DNA of 64,000 bases from Myxococcota bacterium (GTDB lineage Bacteria > Myxococcota_A > UBA796 > SXON01): the NCBI GenBank assembly GCA_040386535.1, contig JAZKFH010000017.1, forward strand, positions 73,113-137,112, read 5' to 3'. Below are positions 40,574 to 51,181 of this stretch, one piece after another. The position numbers were made by a program, and so were the translations under genes. The stretch's first letter is position 1; every line of letters starts with the position of its first letter. The notes under the pieces are model-generated. The model was given only the letters and a program-made list of their open reading frames with translations. It was not told where the DNA came from and did no database searches.

Positions 40574-41773
40574 ATGCTTCTTTTTCAACTCGCAGCCTGC
40601 TCGGCCCCGCCGCCGGAACAGGCGGACTCGCCGCCGGCCATGTCCGCTCCCGGGAGCACCGTGGTGGACTGCGCCGGTGCCGGAGACTTTTCCACCCTCG
40701 CCGAGGCCCTCGCCGTCGCTTCCGACGGCGACATCATCGACGTCGCGCCGTGCACCTACACCGAGCAGGTCGACTTCGGCGGCCGCAGCGTGACGCTCCG
40801 CGCCACGTCGCCTTCCCTCGCGCAGGGGGGCCCCGCCGACACCATCATCGATGCGGAAGGCGCGGGCCCGGTCGTCGTCGCACGGAGTGGCGAAGGGGAC
40901 GGCACCGCGGTGATCGGGTTCACGCTGACGGGCGGCGTCGAGACCGCCTTCGGCGGCGCGGTGTTCGTCGACCTCTCCTCGATCCGGCTCGAGGACGTGA
41001 CCGTCACGGGCAACCGCGGGACGGCGATCCTGTACAGCCACTCCGGCGCCGTCGAGCTGCGTGACGTCACGTTCACGGCCAACAGCGTGACCGAGGGCGG
41101 GGCCGCCATCACCCTCTACCGCGGCACCCTCGACGCGACCGGGGTTGACCTGGGATGTGACGGCGGCGCGTACGGAATGTACTTCGGCCACGGCACGGCC
41201 CTCATCGACGCGTCGAACATCGCGTGCGCGGCTGGCACGCCCGTGTATTGGGACCACGCCACCGGCCGCCTCGAGCGTTCCCGCCTCGACGGGCCGGTGG
41301 TGGTGATCAACGAGGCGGAGCACGAATTCGACGTGGTGACCATGGAGAACGACATCTTCACCAGCGGCCAGGGGATCTACGTCGAATACGGGACCGCTAT
41401 CCTACGCAACTCGGTGGTCAACGGCCCACTCACCCTCGTCGGTGTCGGCGCCCCGGTGGTCGAGGCCAACGTGTTCCTCGGCGGCCGGTGCGCCATCGAC
41501 GCGGACCCCACCACGGAGCCCTTCTCGCCCGCCTACAACAGCTTCTGGGGCGCCACCAGCGAGTCGTGCGACGGCACCGTGTGGTCCGGGGCCGACGGCA
41601 ACTTCACGAGTGACCCTCTGTTCACGGACCAGGCCGGGGGCGACTACACCCTGCTCCCGGGGAGCCCCTGCGTCGACGCGGGCCTGCCCGCCCCCGCCCA
41701 CACCGACCCCGACGGCACCCGCAACGACATCGGCGCCTACGGCGGCCACAAGTCCATCGGTGGCGGGTGGTGA
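40574..41773 (+). CDS. right-handed parallel beta-helix (pectin-lyase-like) lipoprotein
   Basis: LAAC, GAGDFSTLAEAL, GFTLTGG, DPLF..DYTLLPGSPCVDAG, DIGAYGG. Confidence 0.85.
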   Translation: MLLFQLAACSAPPPEQADSPPAMSAPGSTVVDCAGAGDFSTLAEALAVASDGDIIDVAPCTYTEQVDFGGRSVTLRATSPSLAQGGPADTIIDAEGAGPVVVARSGEGDGTAVIGFTLTGGVETAFGGAVFVDLSSIRLEDVTVTGNRGTAILYSHSGAVELRDVTFTANSVTEGGAAITLYRGTLDATGVDLGCDGGAYGMYFGHGTALIDASNIACAAGTPVYWDHATGRLERSRLDGPVVVINEAEHEFDVVTMENDIFTSGQGIYVEYGTAILRNSVVNGPLTLVGVGAPVVEANVFLGGRCAIDADPTTEPFSPAYNSFWGATSESCDGTVWSGADGNFTSDPLFTDQAGGDYTLLPGSPCVDAGLPAPAHTDPDGTRNDIGAYGGHKSIGGGW

Positions 41774-42951
41774 CGGCCGCCCTGCTGGCCCTGTTCGCCT
41801 GCGCGGACCAGATCGACACCCCTGACGTGGACACCGGCGCGCCCGACCCGGCTGCAGGGCCGGATTGGGTGGTGGATTGCCAGGGCGGCGGCGATTTCCG
41901 TACCGTCCAGGCCGCGATCGACGCCGCCACCAGCGGCGACAGCATCGCGCTCCAACCCTGCACCTACCCCGAGCGCATCGACTACTCCGCCAAGGTCCTC
42001 GACATCTACGGCGTCGAAGGGTCGGCCGTGACGTTCCTCGACGGCGAGTCGGGGGGCACGGTGGTGCGGGTGGTCTCCGGCGAGAGCCTCGACACCCGCC
42101 TGGCCGGTGTCACCATCCAGGGCGGTCAGAACGCTGGGCAAGGCTCCGCGATCATGGTGTACCAATCGTCCCTCCACCTCGAGGATGTGGTCCTCACGGG
42201 CAACGGGGAGGCCTTCGCGGTGCTCTACGCCGGCGATGCGGTGGTCACCGCCGACGGGCTCACCATCGCCGCGAACGCCACGAGCGCCGACGGCATGGCG
42301 ATCTATTCGAGCGGCGGCGGCCTGACCCTCGACCACGCGAGCGTCGACTGTGACGGCGGGCTCTACGGCATCTACCAACACAACGCGGCCACCATCGACC
42401 ACTCCTCCTTCCGCTGCGGCGGCGGCGTCGCCTTTTATTCGCACCACGGCGAGCTCCGGGCGCGCCGCTCGTCCTTCGTCGGCGGCACCGCCGGGCTCCT
42501 CGCCGAGGAGAGCTCCCCCGACGACACGTCCCAGCGCGTCCTGCTCTCCAACATCTTCGCCTCGGGCGCCACCGCCCTCGACATCCGCCACCTGACGATG
42601 GAGCTCACCAACAGCGTCCTGGCCGGCGCCAACGTCGGCCTGAACCTCGTCTCGGTGAACCCGTACTCCTTCCTCTGGAACTCGATCGTCCTCAACTCGG
42701 CCTGTGGCGTCCAGGGCGACGGCGGCTCGTTGACCGTGTACTACACCAACTTCTGGAACAACACGGCCGACACCTGCTCCGTCACGGCGGACGTTCCCTA
42801 CGCCGCAGACCCGCTGTTCATCAACTTCCCAGACGATCTCACCCTGGGCGCGGGGAGCCCGATGATCGATGCGGGCGAGCCGACGTGGTTTGATTTGGAT
42901 GGGAGTCGGAGTGATGTTGGGGTGTTTGGGGGGCCGGGCGGCAGCTGGTAG
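41767..42951 (+). CDS. parallel beta-helix lipoprotein, tandem paralogue
   Basis: LFAC, GGGDFRTVQAAIDAA, GVTIQGG, DPLF..GSPMIDAG, DVGVFGG; start at 41767 or 41770. Confidence 0.85.
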   Translation: MVTAALLALFACADQIDTPDVDTGAPDPAAGPDWVVDCQGGGDFRTVQAAIDAATSGDSIALQPCTYPERIDYSAKVLDIYGVEGSAVTFLDGESGGTVVRVVSGESLDTRLAGVTIQGGQNAGQGSAIMVYQSSLHLEDVVLTGNGEAFAVLYAGDAVVTADGLTIAANATSADGMAIYSSGGGLTLDHASVDCDGGLYGIYQHNAATIDHSSFRCGGGVAFYSHHGELRARRSSFVGGTAGLLAEESSPDDTSQRVLLSNIFASGATALDIRHLTMELTNSVLAGANVGLNLVSVNPYSFLWNSIVLNSACGVQGDGGSLTVYYTNFWNNTADTCSVTADVPYAADPLFINFPDDLTLGAGSPMIDAGEPTWFDLDGSRSDVGVFGGPGGSW

Positions 42952-43089
42952 CGAATAACCAACGGTCGCCCGCACTTTCAGTGATTTGCCTCCGGAGGCG
43001 CGCGCGCCCGTGTGCATGGCGACAATCCCCTGGGGGAGGTCGTCGTCGGGGCGCGCGCCTCGCGTCGGTCCTCGGGATAGCCGGCGAAG

Positions 43090-43400
43090 ATGGCTGACCG
43101 TCGCGACGGCCGCCCACGAGCGCTTCGCGATCGCCCTTCTCGTCCGTCGCGACGCAGACCGCGCCGCCTTCGGCGACCGTGATGCTCGCGTACGCCACCG
43201 CGTAGGTGTCCGCGCCCGCGAGGTCGACGGCCACGTCGTAGCCCTTATCGGCCGTGAACAGCTCGGCCGCGAGCAGCTCGATGTCGTACTTCGCGTTGTC
43301 GGCCGCCAGAGAGGGTCCCCGCGAGGTCCGCGTCCGCCGCGGGGAGCGCGGAGATCGTGGCTGCGCCGTGCAGCGTCGGGAGCGGTCCAGAACCGAGGGC
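43090..43400 (-). pseudogene. possible frameshifted gene remnant
   Basis: Protein-like, GC3-rich segments lie in two frames (PTLHGAATISALPAADADLAGTL / LAADNAKYDIELLAAELFTADKGYDVAVDLAGADTYAVAYASITV) with no proper start. Confidence 0.3.
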
Positions 43401-43578
43401 GGTCGGCGAACGAGGGCAGAGGGGCAGAACGGCGCAAGATGGGCGGTGCGGAGCGATTCTGCGACGGGTCGACGGACCTACCATGGGGTTGCCCGGGCTC
43501 ACACCGCAACCGCCTGTCGGGCGGAACGGGGACGCGTGCACGTTGCCGAACCCGCAGGCATGGTCTACAAACGCGCGG

Positions 43579-46296
43579 ATGTCCACTCGCGGCTCGACGC
43601 TCGCTTTGCTCCTGCTCCTCACCGCCTGCGCCACCCGGCACGAGGCGCTCGGCAACCAGGCCCTCGGGGCGGGCGATGTCGAGGCCGCCGCCGCCGCGTA
43701 CGACCTCGCGATGGGCGACCGGCCCATCATGGACTTCGAGTACGAGCGCATCCGCAAGCAGCGGCAGCGCATGATGGAGGGCGAGTGGTCGCCGCGCTTG
43801 GACGCGCTGGTCGCGACCGCGCCCCAGCCGGCCACCCCGGCGCACGTGAAGGCGCTCGTCGAGCTGCGGAAGGAAGCCCGGGCTGCCGGCATCCCCCAGA
43901 GCCTCGCCGAGCGCATCGACGCCGAGCTGGTCGCGGCGACCACGGCGGAGGCGCTCCGGGCCACGTCCCGCGAGGCGGTCCCCGCGCGGCTCGAGGAGCT
44001 CCTCGCGTTGTTCGACACCGCCCTGGAGTCGGGCGCCCCCCAGGCCGCCGTGGACGCGATCCTCGCCGCCTACGCCGAGAGCCTCGGCGTCGGGCTGCCC
44101 GCCGCCGGTCCCGACGAGGGCCTGGCCCGCCTCGCGGCCCTGCTCGACCGACGGGAGGCGATCCGCGGGCGGCAGTTCCCGACGGCGGTCGACACCTCGA
44201 TCGACGCCGAGCTCGCGCACGTCGGCGTCGCGACGTTTCCCGCCGCCACGCCCGACGAGAGCGTGGCGCGCTTCGAGGAGACCCGGGCGCTCCGGCGTCG
44301 TGCCCGCGCCCTCGGCGCGCCCGCGCCCGCGCTCGCTCTGGTCGATCGCGCCCACGAGGACGCCCTCCGCCACATCCTCGCCGGCGCCGACGCCGACGCC
44401 GCCGCGCACCGCTACGTGACCGCCTACGACCGGCTCGCCCGCCTCGCCGAGGACGTGGAGCCGGGGCACCCGCTGCTCGCCCGCCTCGCCGTCCTCGCGC
44501 GGGATGGCACGGCGTGGCACGAGGCCGAGGCGGCGGCCCTGCCGACGGGCTACCGCCAGCTCCTCCACCTCTCCCTCGCCGACGCGCTCTCCGCCGCCGA
44601 CAGCGCCACGACGGCCCGCGTGTCCGCCCGCCGGGCGCTCGAGCCCGCGTTCGCCACGGCGATCACGCTCCAGCCGACGTACACCGCCGACGCGTCGTGC
44701 GCGGGCATGGGGGACCTGGTGACGCCGACCCTCGCGCGGGACGGCCGCAAGGTGGTCACCGCGATCACGTTGTCCAGGTGCGTCTCCCGGGAGTCCGATG
44801 CGCTCTCCACCCGCAACCACGACTACGTCACGGAGGAGCTCTACTACGTCCCGGAGCAGGTGCGGGTCGGCACGGATTACGAGCGGGTGGAGGTCGGCAC
44901 GGAGCGGTTCCACTGTGTGAAAACCAACGAGACGACCCGCGAGGAGTACGACAGCGTCTGCTCCAGGCCCGTCTACGAGAGCCGCGAGATCCCCATCTAC
45001 GAGACGCGGCAGATCGAGAAGCGCCGCGACGTGCCCGGCACCGTCGCCTACGAGGTGAAGACGCGCACCGTCCGCGTGGAGGCGGAGGGGGTCGCCACGC
45101 TGACCTGGGACGACGGGACCGCCCTGTCCGTCCCCTTCTCCCACGAGCGCGACGGCCTGGCCGAGGGGTGGCACTACGCCTACCCCGGGCGAAGGGTGGG
45201 GGCCGACAAGCAGTTCGGCAACCAGGCGATCCCGGCCTCGATCGCCGTGGGGCCGATGCGGCAGATGGTGGGCACCGCCATCGGCACGCAGGTGTCCGAG
45301 CAGCTGCTCGCGAAGGTCCGCGCGCACCGGGCGCGCCTCGCGCGGGAGGAGGGCGCACGCGCGCTCGCGGCCGGTGACGACGCCGCGGCCGGCGAGGCGT
45401 TCGTGCGCTCGATCCTCCACGGCGGCAGCGCGGACGCGGAGGCCGCGGTGTGGATCGAGTCGTCGGTCAGGGTCAACCCGCGCGTCGCCGAGTTCGTCCT
45501 CCGGGCCGAGGGCAGCCCGCGGGTGCCCATCGCCGGCGCCGCGCTGCCGGTGCCGGAGGTGTACACCCCCGCGCCGATCGTCGGCGGCGAAGGCGCGGTC
45601 CTCCGCTCCGACACAGCCGTGAAGCGCATGGTGAAGGAGGGCTACGAGCCCGGCATCAAGCCCCCCTACGAGTTCGGGCGAGCTCACCTGGGCTTCGTCA
45701 TGTCCGAGATCCAGACCGGTCCCAACCTCGTGTCACGGGGCGCGCCGTCGATGGGGTTCGACCTCCAGTTCAGCCCGCTGGAGCTGGCGACGCGCCTGCG
45801 GTACGGCCCCGTCGTCCACGACGAGCTCGGCCTCCGCTTCACGATCGGCGGCACCTACGCCGACTCGGCCGAGGAGAACACCCTCGAGAGCGCGCTCGCC
45901 CTCACGTTCAACCCGACGTACGCGCTCTACGCCGGGCTGCGCCTGCCCTACTTCGGCGTCTTCGCCGGGGCCTCCGCCGGCTACCTGCACGCCACGAGCA
46001 ACGACATCGTCGCGTTCGGCTACCACGTGGAGCCCGCGGTGCGCGTGACCGCCCGCCTGTTCGGCACCCAGAACCTCATCGTCGAGGCGTCCGGGGTCGC
46101 GGGCCTCGTCCCCGGCGTGGCCCACAAGAACCGCATCGCCGTGTCGTTCCCGGCGCTCGGCCGCCACGGCCTGGACGTGAAGCTCTCCGTCGAGCGCGCC
46201 CTGTTGCCGGCACGGGAGCGGCCGGGGGAGTCGTGGAGCTCGCTGGGCGTGTTGCCGGTCAACACGGCCGGGGTGGAGGTCGGGGCGCGGTTCTGA
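43579..46296 (+). CDS. large lipoprotein with a helical N-half, an extended beta-hairpin and a barrel-like C-terminus
   Basis: MSTRGSTLALLLLLTAC lipobox; amphipathic C-terminal strands ending GVEVGARF. Confidence 0.8.
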   Translation: MSTRGSTLALLLLLTACATRHEALGNQALGAGDVEAAAAAYDLAMGDRPIMDFEYERIRKQRQRMMEGEWSPRLDALVATAPQPATPAHVKALVELRKEARAAGIPQSLAERIDAELVAATTAEALRATSREAVPARLEELLALFDTALESGAPQAAVDAILAAYAESLGVGLPAAGPDEGLARLAALLDRREAIRGRQFPTAVDTSIDAELAHVGVATFPAATPDESVARFEETRALRRRARALGAPAPALALVDRAHEDALRHILAGADADAAAHRYVTAYDRLARLAEDVEPGHPLLARLAVLARDGTAWHEAEAAALPTGYRQLLHLSLADALSAADSATTARVSARRALEPAFATAITLQPTYTADASCAGMGDLVTPTLARDGRKVVTAITLSRCVSRESDALSTRNHDYVTEELYYVPEQVRVGTDYERVEVGTERFHCVKTNETTREEYDSVCSRPVYESREIPIYETRQIEKRRDVPGTVAYEVKTRTVRVEAEGVATLTWDDGTALSVPFSHERDGLAEGWHYAYPGRRVGADKQFGNQAIPASIAVGPMRQMVGTAIGTQVSEQLLAKVRAHRARLAREEGARALAAGDDAAAGEAFVRSILHGGSADAEAAVWIESSVRVNPRVAEFVLRAEGSPRVPIAGAALPVPEVYTPAPIVGGEGAVLRSDTAVKRMVKEGYEPGIKPPYEFGRAHLGFVMSEIQTGPNLVSRGAPSMGFDLQFSPLELATRLRYGPVVHDELGLRFTIGGTYADSAEENTLESALALTFNPTYALYAGLRLPYFGVFAGASAGYLHATSNDIVAFGYHVEPAVRVTARLFGTQNLIVEASGVAGLVPGVAHKNRIAVSFPALGRHGLDVKLSVERALLPARERPGESWSSLGVLPVNTAGVEVGARF

Positions 46297-46371
46297 TCCG
46301 GGGCGGATGAATTCGGGCGCGTCCCGGCGCGGACGCCGGGTCGGCCCCTTGCGGGCGCGCGCTTCGCGCTT

Positions 46372-46428
46372 GGTCCGCCCGGCGAGGCGCCGGGCGGGAC
46401 CGGCCGCCGCGGACGGCGGCCGCCCTCC
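46372..46428 (+). repeat. GC-rich intergenic repeat, family C
   Basis: GGTCCGCCCGGCGAGGCGCCGGGCGGGACCGGCCGCCGCGGACGGCGGCCGCCCTCC. Confidence 0.55.
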
Positions 46429-46769
46429 AGGCGCCTCGCGCTTCGCCGGGCGGTACCAGACCTTTCTCGAGCTCGAGCGGGACGTGAGCCCCGAGCCGCT
46501 GGAGATCGACGCCCCGTACTACGCCGACGGGCTCCTCCGCCAGGCGCCAGCTGCTCTGATTCCGGGGCCGCGGGGCCTGGCGGGATGCGAATATGCAGGG
46601 CGCCCCGTACGCCGATGCGTGTCGCGCGCGCTCGCAACTACACACACTCCGGCCGCACGCTGGGATTGTGTGCACCCGCGATCGATCTGGCAGAAGCCGA
46701 GGACGAGACAATCAGGCCCGACTTCGCGGCGTCCGTACGTCCATGGATTCGATCGCCTCGTCCCATTGT

Positions 46770-47160
46770 CCCCATGCACCCCACGGCGGGCCTGCGGGTT
46801 CATGGTGACAATGGCCGTAGGTGATCTTCATGCAGCCGGGTGAGAGGGTGATCTTGCGGAGCAGCTGGGCGAGCGCCGAACGGCGCTCCTCCAGCGGCTG
46901 ATCGGTCCAGGCTTCGAGGACGCCGGCGCGGAAGGCTTCGGCGTCGATCTCGTCCACGCCGAGCGCTTCGCCGAGAGCGCGGCGACTTGGAGATTGGCGA
47001 GGTCGCGCTGCTCGCGGAGGGGGCGTTCATGGCCACCGCGTCCTCCTGATCGCGCACGCCGGCGACCACCTGGGCGCCAGTCGCGCGGATGCGCTTGTCG
47101 AGGTCGGCGATCACGCCGGAGAGCCGGGCGGCGCCGGCGAACCGCTCGACGTTCGCGGCC
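46770..47160 (-). pseudogene. remnant resembling the C-terminal coiled-coil and tail of a large serine recombinase
   Basis: Three frames join as IADLDKRIRATGAQVVAGVRDQEDAVAMNAP / LREQRDLANLQVAAL / DAEAFRAGVLEAWTDQPLEERRSALAQLLRKITL; there is no catalytic domain. Confidence 0.45.
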
Positions 47161-47349
47161 CTCGGGACGGTCGCGAGCCCTCGGCGTCCCCATCGCGCAT
47201 GGAACCGTCGGTCGGTCGAGGATCTCACCGCGATCGGCATCCTGGCGTCGATCCTGGCGCCCCCGCTCGGGTGGTCGGGCATCTCGGGATCCGGTTTCCC
47301 ATCAAACTGAGAAAGCCGAACACTTCGCAATGGCTTCCTGCTGTCGGCG

Positions 47350-47958
47350 ATGATCCTGTCGGCGGCCGCCGTCGGCATCGCCCAGGCGAGCCTCAACCGC
47401 CAGAGCAACGAGGAGATGGCGGCGAACATGGCCCGCATGCTCGACGATCTCGTGATCCTGTCCAAGACCGACCCGGCTGTCGACAAGTACCTGTCCGAGC
47501 AGATTCGGACCCAGGCCCAGGCGAATCCGGAGGTCATCAATCGCATGGCCGAGCGCGTGCGGGTCAGGGGTGAAGAACCAAGCGAGGTCCTGTCTCATCA
47601 CGGGCTGACCGCCGGTGATCTCTCCACCCTGGGCCTACCCCCTGCACCTCCGGTGGTTGTCGAGCCCGGCGTCAACACGGACGACGCGAAGCACGAGGAC
47701 GAGACCATCGGCGACATCATGAAGGACGGCGTCAAGCTCGCTGACGTGAAGATCGCCGACGTCAAGATCGGCAAGGTGAAGCTCGAGGACCTCAAGACCG
47801 GCAACCTGAACCTCGGCGATCTTGGCGAAGAAGACCTGAAGAAGCTCGAGGACCTCAAGAAGCTCGAGCTCGAGAATCTCCAGACCCTGAAGAAGGCGGC
47901 GGCGGAGCTGAAGAAGCTCGAGGAGTTCCGGAAACGTCAGGGCCTTCCGAAGCCGTGA
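47350..47958 (+). CDS. hypothetical protein with a Lys/Leu/Asp/Glu-rich repetitive C-terminus
   Basis: Strong GC3 codon bias. The frame continues upstream across a single TGA at 47308. Confidence 0.6.
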   Translation: MILSAAAVGIAQASLNRQSNEEMAANMARMLDDLVILSKTDPAVDKYLSEQIRTQAQANPEVINRMAERVRVRGEEPSEVLSHHGLTAGDLSTLGLPPAPPVVVEPGVNTDDAKHEDETIGDIMKDGVKLADVKIADVKIGKVKLEDLKTGNLNLGDLGEEDLKKLEDLKKLELENLQTLKKAAAELKKLEEFRKRQGLPKP

Positions 47959-48121
47959 ACGTTCGGGCACCGATCACCTCCAGCGTCTGTTCGCTCTTCG
48001 TGATGGGCCTGTCAGCGCCGTGGAGCGCGGGTCACGAGCATCTGGTCGAAGGGATCATGGTGGTGGGGTGCGGGCCACCGCCCTGGAACGCGATAGCCTG
48101 CCGGCTCACCCAACGGCCCGC

Positions 48122-48634
48122 ATGACCTACCTCCAGAGCTTCTCCCAGATGAACAAGCAACTCGGTCAGCTCGACGCCTGGATCGAACGCGCCGCCGCGT
48201 ATGCGCAGGGCCGCAAGGTCGATCCCGCCACGTTCCTCGGCTTCCGTCTCGCTCCCGACCAGTTCGCGTTCGGACGCCAGGTGCTCATCACCTGTGACAC
48301 CGCAAAGCTTGCGGCGTCTCGCCTCAGCGGCAAGGCTGCGCCGACGTTCCCCGACACGGAAAAGGACTTCGACGAGCTCCGCGCTCGCATCCGCGCGACC
48401 CGGGACTACCTCGACGGGTTGCGCGCCGAGGACTTCGACAGCGCCGACACCCGCGTGGTGAGTCAGCCCCGCTGGGAGGGCAAGTGGATGACCGGCGCCG
48501 ACTACTTCCACGAGCACGCCCTCCCCAACTTCTACTTCCACCTCGCACACGCCTACGCGCTGCTGCGCCACAACGGCGTCGACCTCGGGAAGAAGGACTA
48601 CCTCGGCGCGCTCTCGCTGCGGGATCCCGCGTAG
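48122..48634 (+). CDS. DUF1993 family protein
   Basis: RLAPDQFAFGRQV, CDTAK, ELRARI, ALPNFYFHLAHAYALLRHNGVDLGKKDYLG. Confidence 0.9.
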   Translation: MTYLQSFSQMNKQLGQLDAWIERAAAYAQGRKVDPATFLGFRLAPDQFAFGRQVLITCDTAKLAASRLSGKAAPTFPDTEKDFDELRARIRATRDYLDGLRAEDFDSADTRVVSQPRWEGKWMTGADYFHEHALPNFYFHLAHAYALLRHNGVDLGKKDYLGALSLRDPA

Positions 48635-48874
48635 CGAGACGGGGGTCGAGGGGAGGACCTGACGGGGCGACGGGGCTTGGTGAGCCAAATCTCGCGGTGC
48701 AATCGTCCGCGGTGGTTCACTTCCTGACGCAGGGGCCGGAGGGGTCAGGGTTGCGAAATGTGGACCGGGCCTCCGGATGCGCGAGGCTACCAAACGCGCT
48801 CAACGGGGTAGCGGTCGAACAGGTTGTCAGACGTGAGGTTGGGTAGCCCCGCGACCAGAGCTTGGGCTCCAGAG

Positions 48875-49530
48875 CGCGGCAGTTCGCGAGCCCGATGATC
48901 GGGCTGCTCGCTGTCGCCGCCGGCGTCGCGTTCGCGCTCGGTGAGACCGACGACGCCGTCGCCATCGTCGTGATCGTCGCGATGAACGGGCTCGTCGGCT
49001 TCTTCCAGGAGCACCGCGCCGAGAACGCCGTCCTGGCCCTGCGGGCGATGACCGCGCCCCGCGCCCGCGTGCTGCGCGACGGGCACGCCGTGGTCGTCCC
49101 CGCGCGCGAGATCGTCGTGGGCGACGTGCTCCTGCTGGAAGCCGGGGACCTCGTCGCGGCGGACGCGCGCCTCCTCGAGGCCCATGCCCTCGGGGTCAAC
49201 GAGGCTGCGCTCACCGGGGAGAGCGTCCCCGTCGAGAAGAACGCGACCCCGCTCCCGGACGACACCCCGCTCGCCGAGCGCAAGGACCGGGTGTTCTCGG
49301 GGACGGCGGTGGTGGCGGGCACGGGCGCGGCCGAGGTCTTCGCCGCGGGCATGGAGACCCAGCTCGGGCACATCGCGCACCTCCTGGAGACGGCGGAAGA
49401 GCAGGCCACGCCGCTCCAGGCGAGACTCGAGACGTTTCTCGCACGCTCATCAAGCTGTGCCTCGGGATCGTCCTGCTCGTGGCCATCCTCGCGTTCGCGC
49501 GGGGGCTGAGCTGGCTCGAGGCGTCTCCGC
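48875..49530 (+). pseudogene. fragment of a cation-transporting P-type ATPase
   Basis: RQFASP, GFFQEHRAENAVLAL, VVGDVLLLEAGD, NEAALTGESVPVEK, GMETQLGHIA. There is a frameshift near 49440 (RTLIKLCLGIV continues in another frame) and no DKTGT domain. Confidence 0.85.
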
Positions 49531-49786
49531 AGTGTCGTCCGCGCCGGCGCTGTCGGACGTCTGTCTTCTCGCCAGTGCCCGCGGGGAGGAGCAGGGCGAC
49601 GAGCAGGGAGCAGCGTATGGGGCCTCGGTGTGACGAAACCGGATCTCCGAGTGCTATCCGGCGCCCATGGCAACGGCGGGTCCGACGACACGCTCGAACA
49701 CCAATCAGGCCGCCCTCCGACATCTCGGGGATCGGCCCGCTGATTCGGCCCCCCTCGGGCTACTCTGACCGTACCCCGGATGATGC

Positions 49787-50281
49787 ATGCTCCTCCTCGC
49801 CCTCGCCTGCGTCGTGACCAGCGAGGACACTGCGCTCGACACCGACGCGCCGGCCGCTCTCCCGCTCGACGCGGCCTTTCCGGCCCAGCTCACCGATCGG
49901 TACGCCTGCGGCATCAACTGGTACGTGGCCTACGACGCCGCCCGGACGATTCGGTTGCAGGCCGGTTTCACCACCCCGCACGGCGAGGATCCCGGCCAGT
50001 CGAACGAGGGCCCCTTGGGAGGAGAGGTGGCCACGCTGCAGGTCTACCAGGGGACCTGCCTCATGACGCCCGGATGCACTGACGACATCGACACCGAGGG
50101 CTGTGGCGAGCAGGTGATCGCCCACAGGTACGATGCGACCGCCGGCGTGATGACGCTGGCGGCCGACGACGCCGGCGTCGCCGGGGAGGTCACCGGCCTG
50201 GCGCTCGAGGGCACCGACGGCGAGGATCCGGTCTCGCTCGCGACGCTCGACCTGCCGCACGCCGACTTCTGGGTGGAGTGA
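49787..50281 (+). CDS. hypothetical lipoprotein
   Basis: MLLLALAC; acidic, with coding-like codon bias. Confidence 0.65.
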   Translation: MLLLALACVVTSEDTALDTDAPAALPLDAAFPAQLTDRYACGINWYVAYDAARTIRLQAGFTTPHGEDPGQSNEGPLGGEVATLQVYQGTCLMTPGCTDDIDTEGCGEQVIAHRYDATAGVMTLAADDAGVAGEVTGLALEGTDGEDPVSLATLDLPHADFWVE

Positions 50282-50501
50282 TCCCGGACGAACAGCATGA
50301 GCGACGCTCAACAATCCGTGGACCGCAGAGAGAGACGCCCTGCGCGATGGAATGGAGTCCTACCTGGAGTGGCGCGAGTGGCGACGCGCCCACCCGTCGG
50401 CACGTGACGTCGGTGCGCTGAAGGCCCCTGCGCCTCGACGGTCGACGAGCACCCGCTTACGCCCGCGCGGCCGGAGGGTTTTCGGCGGTGAGGGCGTGAT
50501 C

Positions 50502-51146
50502 ATGGCTGACGGAATCGAAGAAGTCCCCGGGAAGAAGATCCTCGTTCGCTTCGAGGCGAAGCGCTGCGTACACACGCGCCACTGCGTCCTCGAACACCCC
50601 GACGTCTTCGTCCCGAACGTCCAAGGCGAGTGGATCCGCCCTGACGCGGTCGCGGCCGAAGCGGTGGTCAAGGTCGCCGAGCGTTGTCCGTCGGGCGCGA
50701 TCCGGTACGAGCGGCTCGACGGCGGGCCGGCCGAGGCCCCGCCGGTCGTCAACCTGGTGCGGGTTCGCGAGAACGGCCCGCTCGCGTTCAGCGCCGAGCT
50801 GCGCGTTGGTGACGACACCCGTTACCGCGCGACGCTCTGCCGCTGCGGCGCCAGCAAGAACAAGCCCTACTGTGACGGCCAGCACGCCGTCGCCGGCTTC
50901 GTGGCGACCGGCGAGCCGCCGACCGTCGAGTCACCCGCGATCGCGGTCCGGAACGGCCCGCTCGAGGTGACACCGACCCGGGACGGGCCGCTTCGCGTCT
51001 CGGGGAGCGTGGAGATCGTCAGCGGGACCGGGCGGACCCTGGCGAAGAAGACGGAGGCGTGGCTCTGCCGGTGCGGCGCGTCCGCCAACAAGCCCTATTG
51101 CGACGGTGCGCACCGGAAGATCGGCTTCGTGGCGGACGGCGAGTAG
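50502..51146 (+). CDS. CDGSH iron-sulfur protein (divergent 4Fe-4S ferredoxin-like domain plus two CDGSH-type domains)
   Basis: CVHTRHC...RCPSGAI, LCRCGASKNKPYCDGQH, LCRCGASANKPYCDGAH. Confidence 0.9.
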   Translation: MADGIEEVPGKKILVRFEAKRCVHTRHCVLEHPDVFVPNVQGEWIRPDAVAAEAVVKVAERCPSGAIRYERLDGGPAEAPPVVNLVRVRENGPLAFSAELRVGDDTRYRATLCRCGASKNKPYCDGQHAVAGFVATGEPPTVESPAIAVRNGPLEVTPTRDGPLRVSGSVEIVSGTGRTLAKKTEAWLCRCGASANKPYCDGAHRKIGFVADGE

Positions 51147-51181
51147 CCGAGTCATCGGACCCCTCCCCCGCGAGGAGCCGT

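Noticed and set aside
41737..45687. 1316-aa minus-strand ORF
   Set aside because: Shadow of two plus-strand lipoprotein genes, with no motifs of its own.
47308..47310. Selenocysteine read-through of the in-frame TGA
   Set aside because: There is no redox-motif context and no evident SECIS-like hairpin; a nonsense mutation is the simpler explanation.
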